DNA from: Nitrosopumilus sp. | GTDB taxonomy: Archaea; Thermoproteota; Nitrososphaeria; Nitrososphaerales; Nitrosopumilaceae | Assembly: GCA_965206745.1 (NCBI GenBank) | Contig: OZ242220.1 | Span: 896,001-960,000, forward strand | Direction of reading: 5' to 3' | DNA length: 64,000 nucleotides | Shown here: piece after piece, positions 57,971 to 64,000 of the stretch | How the letters are laid out: every line of letters begins with the position of its first letter | How positions within the stretch are numbered: position 1 is the stretch's first letter | Notes under the pieces: model-generated | Databases searched by the model: none | What the model was told of the DNA's origin: nothing | The model's input: only the letters and a program-made list of their open reading frames with translations | Translations under genes and position numbers: made by a program

Positions 57971-58657
57971 TTGAACTCCTTGTTTGTAACAGGTACAGAT
58001 ACCGACGTTGGCAAGACATACGTCACTGCAGGCCTTGCAGTCACTTTTCGCAAAATGGGCCTAGATGTGGGGGTTATGAAGCCTTTTGCGGCAGGCACAT
58101 CTCAGAAAAAAGGATTCAAGTCCAAAGATGTGGAAATCCTTTCAAATGCGGCGCAGGTAAGTGACCCTGAAGAGCTGCTAAACCCGCAATTCTTCCCAAT
58201 TCCTGCCTCACCGTATACGGCATGGAAGACTTTGAAAATAAAACCAAGAGTTTCAACCATCCTCTCAAGTTTTAAAAAACTGTCAAAGCTTCATGAAATG
58301 ATCCTAGTGGAAGGCATGGGGGGGATAATGACTCCCATAATGAATGACTATTACATCACTCATTTGATCAAGGACATGAAAATTCCGGCAGTAATTGTGA
58401 CAAGAACTAAAGTTGGAACAGTCAATCATACCATGATGACAGTTAAGATGTGTGAAAAATACAAAATTCCAATCAGGGGGATTATCATTAATGATTTTGA
58501 CTCTGATGGGTACAAAACAAAAGAGTTGGCCCGTGATTTGAAAAATATCTTGAGAGTTCCTATTTTGGGATCAATTCCGTTTATCGAAGATTTCAGTGAC
58601 TCGTCACTGTACAAAATTTTCAGGAAGAATCTGGATTTTAAATTGCTGTCAAAATGA
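57971..58657 (+). CDS. bioD: Dethiobiotin synthetase
   Basis: FVTGTDTDVGKT, VEGMGG and GTVNHT motifs. TTG start reassigned. Confidence 0.95.
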   Translation: MNSLFVTGTDTDVGKTYVTAGLAVTFRKMGLDVGVMKPFAAGTSQKKGFKSKDVEILSNAAQVSDPEELLNPQFFPIPASPYTAWKTLKIKPRVSTILSSFKKLSKLHEMILVEGMGGIMTPIMNDYYITHLIKDMKIPAVIVTRTKVGTVNHTMMTVKMCEKYKIPIRGIIINDFDSDGYKTKELARDLKNILRVPILGSIPFIEDFSDSSLYKIFRKNLDFKLLSK

Positions 58658-58660
58658 GGA

Positions 58661-59227
58661 TCATACTCGCAAAATTTTAAATTTGCTTGATCCTCCAACA
58701 TTGCTGAATTTTGCAATCTCAAATATTATTTTGGAAAATGAATTGTCTTCCTTACTTAGCACAAAGGATCTCTTTCCAGTTTCGACTTTCTCTGATAAAA
58801 CCAACCAAATGTTCTCTTTTTGGGGCTGGATTTTCTCCAACTGCATGATCTCTTCATTTATTTTTTTAGTATCAGATGACTTTGCTATGCAAATCAACAA
58901 CGTCTTTTTTGGATCTTTTTCCAGCGTTTTTGTGTCAGGAATAACAATGTCCAGCTCATTTCCATTATACACTACTTTTCTCTGACTGGTGATTAGTGCA
59001 TTTGTAAGCAAATAATGCAGTAGCACAGTGGCCAATATCTCTACCACTTTTTCTTTCTCTCCCATTGACAGAATTTTCTCATAGCAATTTTCTGTTACAT
59101 CTATAATAATCTGATCAAATTTCTTATCTGCAATCAGTTTGGGAATCACTTTTGAATTTTTTATGTATTCAAACAAATGTTCCTTTATTGGATTTGATTC
59201 TTCCATATCTTTAGCAATTCTCATCAT
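58661..59227 (-). CDS. Hypothetical protein (weak nuclease-like ELDIVIPD)
   Basis: 188-aa ORF downstream of HMG-CoA synthase. Confidence 0.6.
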   Translation of the reverse strand: MMRIAKDMEESNPIKEHLFEYIKNSKVIPKLIADKKFDQIIIDVTENCYEKILSMGEKEKVVEILATVLLHYLLTNALITSQRKVVYNGNELDIVIPDTKTLEKDPKKTLLICIAKSSDTKKINEEIMQLEKIQPQKENIWLVLSEKVETGKRSFVLSKEDNSFSKIIFEIAKFSNVGGSSKFKILRV

Positions 59228-59241
59228 GGTTGACTTTTAGG

Positions 59242-60636
59242 TTACTCGTTGAAAATATAGCGCCTTTCGCCTCTGGATTCTTTTTGAGTATCTACGTGAA
59301 CCAGTACGAACTCTTTCTTTGTATGGACCATGGATTCTTCTGGTGTCAGTTTGTTCTCATGCAGTTCTTCATACTCTCTCCATGTCAGCCTTCTGCGTGG
59401 ACCGATTTCAGATTCCAAATTCATATCCTTTACCATCTCTTTGTAAGTTGGTTGTATGACGCCGCTAAAGACCATTGCACTGCTTCCGCTCCCGTAAGAG
59501 CCAAATCCGATTCGTTTTCCGTCCAAATCGATGCCTTTCTGATACTCAAATTCCAAACTGCTTCTGAACCCCAAATACAATGATGCGGTATACAGATTGC
59601 CAATCATGCTTGATGCAATCAGCGAACTGGAGAGTTTTGACTCGTAAATTTCCTGATAAGCTTGAGTTTTTGTAAATAGTTTGGTAAATTCGTGGTCCTT
59701 TGTCATGAACTCTTCATCGCCTAACACCGACTCGATTGTTCCGCGAGGATCCTTTGGTATTGGTTCCTCAACTCCTATCTCCTGCAGGATCTTCTTCCAT
59801 CTTGGAAGCTGTCTCCATTCGTGCCTGACCAAATATGCCAAAGCCTTCTTGCCCATGTTACTGTATGGCAGGTGCATGTGGATGTAATCCATGTGATCTA
59901 AAATTGTCTCATCTGGCTCTATTTTGATCAAACCTGATGAGATTACCTTCTTCTTGTATGCCTCAAGTGCTTTTCTGACCTGAATCATGTATAGTAAATT
60001 CGAATACTGCCCATGAACAATAGGCGTCTCTTTCCCAAAAGGTCTGTAAAAGTCATATTCGTCTTTAATTGATGTGGATGTAACTTTGGGATCAAATGCC
60101 AACAGTCTTGGCTTGTCATTGAGAAGCATGACTACAGCTCCTGCGCCTTGTGTCATCTCACCGCTGGAACCCATATCATACTTTGCGATATCTGATACCA
60201 CTACCAGTGCGTGTTTTCCTTCGGCTTCCCCTGCTCTGATCCAGTTTGTATTATCATATAATGCATATGAGCCGCTTACACATGCAAACTTTGTTTCAAC
60301 CCCCCCGCAATGCTCAAAAGCCCCTTGGCCGTACACCTGCTCTAGCATTCCAATAACGTACGAGTTCATTGCTTTTGATTCATCAAACGCGGATTCTGTC
60401 GAAACGTATAACCTTCCGATATCATCTGGCGATAGTTTGTTTTTTTGCATTATTCGCAAACATGCATTTGCTGCAAGACATGCTGGGTCTTGATTGGCAT
60501 CAACAATTGCCATTTGAGATACTCCTAGACCTTTTTGCAACTTGACTGGGTCTAGTCCTCTGTTGTCTGCAAAATCAGCTGCATCGATATACAACCTTGG
60601 AATGTAAATTGCAATATCGTCTACTCCTGCTGCCAT
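59242..60636 (-). CDS. Hydroxymethylglutaryl-CoA synthase
   Basis: STESAFD, KFAC (catalytic Cys), TQGAGAV, HLPY and SYGSG motifs. Confidence 0.92.
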   Translation of the reverse strand: MAAGVDDIAIYIPRLYIDAADFADNRGLDPVKLQKGLGVSQMAIVDANQDPACLAANACLRIMQKNKLSPDDIGRLYVSTESAFDESKAMNSYVIGMLEQVYGQGAFEHCGGVETKFACVSGSYALYDNTNWIRAGEAEGKHALVVVSDIAKYDMGSSGEMTQGAGAVVMLLNDKPRLLAFDPKVTSTSIKDEYDFYRPFGKETPIVHGQYSNLLYMIQVRKALEAYKKKVISSGLIKIEPDETILDHMDYIHMHLPYSNMGKKALAYLVRHEWRQLPRWKKILQEIGVEEPIPKDPRGTIESVLGDEEFMTKDHEFTKLFTKTQAYQEIYESKLSSSLIASSMIGNLYTASLYLGFRSSLEFEYQKGIDLDGKRIGFGSYGSGSSAMVFSGVIQPTYKEMVKDMNLESEIGPRRRLTWREYEELHENKLTPEESMVHTKKEFVLVHVDTQKESRGERRYIFNE

Positions 60637-60744
60637 AAGCTTGCCTCCGAGTTTATACATTTAAGGATATTGGGTAAATTCTAAGTAGCTAAAGTGGGAA
60701 TTTTGCCAATTTTAATAATTCATGAGTGAATTGATCGCAATCTG

Positions 60745-61446
60745 CTATTCTTCTAATGCGCTTTGAAATGCCTGCTCAAATGTCTCAAATGACTGTGCTC
60801 CAGATAGCAGAGTTGTTCTTCCATCAGGGCCGATCACAAAAAATGCAGGAGTTCCAGTCAATTCCAAACTTCTTGCATCCTCGTTACTGGCAAGTATTGT
60901 TTGTGAGTGTGTCTGATTTAGCATACACTCAGACCATGCATCCATATCCAACCCTATCTCTTGAGCAAATCCTGCTAGGTTCTCTGATGATGCCCATCCG
61001 TTATTCTCCCCTGTCCAGTTTGAATACAAAATATCGTGATATTCCCAAAACAGTCCTTGTTCATTGGCACAGTGGGCCCCATGGGATGCGTTTATGGAAT
61101 CCGGACCAATGATGTTGTAATCTTTGAAGATCATCTTGACCTTTCCTGTTTGGACATAGTCATTTATGATGTCCTCTTCAGTTGAATGAAAGAAGACATT
61201 ACAAAAATGACATTGATAGTCCCCAAATTCGACCAAAGTTATAGGCGCATCAGGACTTCCAAGTATGGGAGACCCGTTAGCTAAAAACGTATCGATGCTG
61301 ATCTCTGATGGGTCTGCCTGCATGCTGGGCGTGGGCTGAATCTCAAGCTCTGTCTGATTTGAGATGCTCTCAAATCCTAAAAACGCAATGATTAGGACTA
61401 TTGAGGATATTGCAGCTCCAATCGCAAGGGACGGCGCATGTATCAT
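60745..61446 (-). CDS. DsbA-family thioredoxin-fold protein
   Basis: LGSPDAPITLVEFGDYQCHFC and GTPAFF motifs; N-terminal TM. Start reassigned. Confidence 0.9.
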   Translation of the reverse strand: MIHAPSLAIGAAISSIVLIIAFLGFESISNQTELEIQPTPSMQADPSEISIDTFLANGSPILGSPDAPITLVEFGDYQCHFCNVFFHSTEEDIINDYVQTGKVKMIFKDYNIIGPDSINASHGAHCANEQGLFWEYHDILYSNWTGENNGWASSENLAGFAQEIGLDMDAWSECMLNQTHSQTILASNEDARSLELTGTPAFFVIGPDGRTTLLSGAQSFETFEQAFQSALEE

Positions 61447-61756
61447 CAACATGAGATTCTTTCTGGTTACATTTAGTCGTTTATCCTGAGATGGCCCCAT
61501 GATTTTACCCGTGTGCCTTTCATTCTGGGTTAAATCTGATTTCAAATGACAGGCTCTAAAGTAGTTTTGATGATTCAGGCCAGTCCTACTGCCGCCTTTT
61601 GACTGTGATGCATTCTCCATTGATCCTCGGATCCGGTTGTCCCTTTAGTGTCCATGACTGATAATGTCTGATTTAGGATTACAACCAAGCATATTGTGAT
61701 GTTTTCCTTTCAGTCCACTTTTGATGCAAATTTGCAAGCGTCTTGTTTTTGAATTC

Positions 61757-62065
61757 CTAGTCCTTGATTTCAAAGTATTCTACAGTGTGTGAGAACTGCC
61801 TGTTGTAATCTACCTCGTTCCAGAATTTTTCTTCATCTATGTTTCGTCCCTGATCAATCCAGACGTTTAGAATTTTTTGCATAAACATCTGAGTGCTTTG
61901 ATCAATTTGAGGCCTTTTGCCTGTCTCTTTCTCAATCCGATCACGCTCTTCCTTGAACTTTTTCAGTAGCCCTTTGAGCTGCTTTCCGTTCATCTGGGCC
62001 GCTTTTTCTCTTTTGGCAGATTTTAGATCCTTTTTAAAATTTGATAAAAACCCCATATGATACAA
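61757..62065 (-). CDS. Hypothetical protein
   Basis: About 100-aa ORF with coding composition. Confidence 0.6.
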   Translation of the reverse strand: MYHMGFLSNFKKDLKSAKREKAAQMNGKQLKGLLKKFKEERDRIEKETGKRPQIDQSTQMFMQKILNVWIDQGRNIDEEKFWNEVDYNRQFSHTVEYFEIKD

Positions 62066-62389
62066 CTAGGCTGATACTATGATTAAAGGGTTAGAAACAC
62101 TATGATGAATGCAACTGAAACTATTGCTATGGAAATTTTCATAAATGGTGACATTGGTTTTGATTAATTTATTGGGATTATAATCGTATCACGGTTCATA
62201 TTTTTGGCAAATTGCCCGTTTTATCCAAATTGGATTTACAAACTTTGCAATAAAGCCTGATCTCTTTGGAAGGAAATTCTGTTCCACAATTTTTACAAGT
62301 GAAAAATTTTTCATCATCCATATTTTCTGCAGTGATCTAGTGAACTTAAGAGTATTGCTAGAACAAATATGTAACGCGCCGATTCTGAC

Positions 62390-62701
62390 TTATCTCCCAG
62401 GCCTTTTAAATCCCTGTTTTATCAGGCTGTTTGACGCTGAGGATTTCTGAAATTTTTTCACAACGACTTGGTTTTTTTGCTTTTTGTCATTTGGGTCCTC
62501 TTCAATTTTGTAAACCCTGTCTTGTGGTTTTTTTGCCTTTTCTTTATTATTTGACGGGATGATATTTGACGGGGATATCTTTCTTTTATTGGGGTTTTTT
62601 GGTTTTTTAGTATTTGGCAAGTTCTTTGCAGTCCATTTGATATTTTTAAAATCTGCAGTAGATGACTTTTCTTTATTATGGTCTCCCAATGACTTTACCA
62701 T
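62390..62701 (-). CDS. Basic low-complexity hypothetical protein
   Basis: MVKSLGDHNK..., Lys/Pro/Asn-rich. Confidence 0.45.
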   Translation of the reverse strand: MVKSLGDHNKEKSSTADFKNIKWTAKNLPNTKKPKNPNKRKISPSNIIPSNNKEKAKKPQDRVYKIEEDPNDKKQKNQVVVKKFQKSSASNSLIKQGFKRPGR

Positions 62702-62745
62702 GAATAATTGTGATATGTAGTAGAGATAAGAGTATTGATTTGTCC

Positions 62746-62940
62746 TTAGATTTGTTTCCTGTTTTGATTTGTTTGATTGATTATTGATTGCATACATGCA
62801 TGACAAATCAGTGATTTTTCAGTCATCTTACGTACCAGGTCGTGGTTTTGCAACTCTGAATCGTATGTTGCAGCAATGACTATCTTGTTGCTCCATACCT
62901 CAAAACCCTCTTTCTTTTTTGAACATGCAAAGCAGTTCAT
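62746..62940 (-). CDS. Small Zn-finger protein
   Basis: CFAC...CHAC. Confidence 0.65.
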   Translation of the reverse strand: MNCFACSKKKEGFEVWSNKIVIAATYDSELQNHDLVRKMTEKSLICHACMQSIINQTNQNRKQI

Positions 62941-63044
62941 GTATTTTAGAAATTTTATGTCAATTTAAGCATGTTTGCCTTCTAATGATTTTGCAATGCA
63001 AGATAATCGAGAATCTAAATAAAAGGGTCAAACACATCTAATTT

Positions 63045-64000
63045 ATGAAGAAGGTCTTTGTAAACGGATACGGTTCAATTGGAAGCAGAATCGCTGCATT
63101 TCTAAAAGATGATCCAGAAATCACAGTAGTTGGAATTGGAAAGTATTCCCCAGATGACAAAGTAAGCCAGGCCATATCCAAGGGGCTTGAGGTGTATGTT
63201 CCAGAATCAAAATTGAATTCTTTTTCAGATTATAACATTTCAGGCTCGATAGAATCTGCATTAGACGAATCAGATCTTGTCATTGATGCCTCTCCGGGAG
63301 GCCATGGTTACAAAAATAAAAAGAGCCTTTACGAACCAAAAAACATTCCCGCAATTTATCAGGGTGGGGAATCAACAATTGGTTCAGAGACAGTCTCTGA
63401 TCTGCTGTTTAATTCCAGAGTAAACTATGAGCAGGCTTTGGGAAAGAGCCATGTGATGCAAGGTAGTTGCAATGTGACTGGAATGGGCAGAATTTTAGAA
63501 CCACTGCGCGACAGGTTTGGCCGGCAGCTGGCCCGATTTGATGTTACACTTGTTAGGCGATGGGCAGACATTGAGCAAACCGAAAAAAAACTCTCAGACA
63601 CCATAGAGATGACTGAAAACCCCCACCATGGTGATGATGTCAAGCTCTACTTTGGCAAAGACGCTCCGCTGTATGTGCGTGCAATCAAAGTTCCTACAAG
63701 ACAGATGCATCTGCACATAATGGATGTCAGATTCAACGGTACGGCCCCAAAGCCATCTGAAATTCATGACGTGTTTACAAATGAATTTGGAGTTGCAACA
63801 TTATGGACTGCAAAGGGAACAAAAGATGTTAGAGATTATGCTCAAAATATGGGATTTAATTTTACAGATACCAACATGATCCACATTCATGCAAATATGA
63901 CGGCCTCCATTGGAGACACCGTACAAATGATGTATTCTGATGATCAGACAGGGATTGTGATTCCTGAAAATCATGTGCTTATGCAGGCAATGCTGTTTGA
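63045..64000 (+). CDS. gap: Type II (archaeal) glyceraldehyde-3-phosphate dehydrogenase, 3'-truncated by the window edge
   Basis: MKKVFVNGYGSIGSRIA, IYQGGE, GSCNVTG (catalytic Cys) and HHGDDV motifs. Confidence 0.92.
   Translation, partial: MKKVFVNGYGSIGSRIAAFLKDDPEITVVGIGKYSPDDKVSQAISKGLEVYVPESKLNSFSDYNISGSIESALDESDLVIDASPGGHGYKNKKSLYEPKNIPAIYQGGESTIGSETVSDLLFNSRVNYEQALGKSHVMQGSCNVTGMGRILEPLRDRFGRQLARFDVTLVRRWADIEQTEKKLSDTIEMTENPHHGDDVKLYFGKDAPLYVRAIKVPTRQMHLHIMDVRFNGTAPKPSEIHDVFTNEFGVATLWTAKGTKDVRDYAQNMGFNFTDTNMIHIHANMTASIGDTVQMMYSDDQTGIVIPENHVLMQAMLF

Noticed and set aside
19673-57973. Frequent TTG/GTG starts (ubiX, purQ, purF, purC, ccdA, bioA, bioD)
   Set aside because: Common in this archaeal group and not a distinct system.

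Overview
Archaeal window, most likely from a Nitrosopumilus-like thaumarchaeote (Nitrosopumilaceae). This is inferred from the archaeal r-protein operon (S4e, Rpp29), proteasome alpha, CdvB/ESCRT-III, PurP, type II GAPDH, the bioFBA/bioD cluster and many thaumarchaeal-type hypothetical genes. Core content: purP, purS-Q-L-F...purC, ubiX, tatAC, CBS-TrkH, the L3-to-L6 r-protein operon (no L2), tRNA-Asn(GTT), psmA, cdvB, ccdA plus a redoxin, biotin genes, HMG-CoA synthase, DsbA and a partial gap. The most unusual elements are: (1) at the left edge, a solo Cas4-like nuclease, a protein made almost entirely of 12 exact-length 15-aa basic repeats, and an RHH regulator; (2) four copies of a 22-bp palindrome (TTTCTAAATTCGAATTTAGAAA) clustered within about 3.1 kb near tRNA-Asn and a histone-H1-like gene; (3) a roughly 20-bp-phased operator array upstream of an ArsR-like regulator; (4) two candidate structured ncRNAs; (5) two secreted MORN-variant repeat proteins; (6) several near-perfect coding tandem-repeat expansions, including one in ribosomal protein L24. 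No CRISPR array, reverse transcriptase, integrase or intact transposase was recognised. All family calls come from reading motifs by eye, without database searches.
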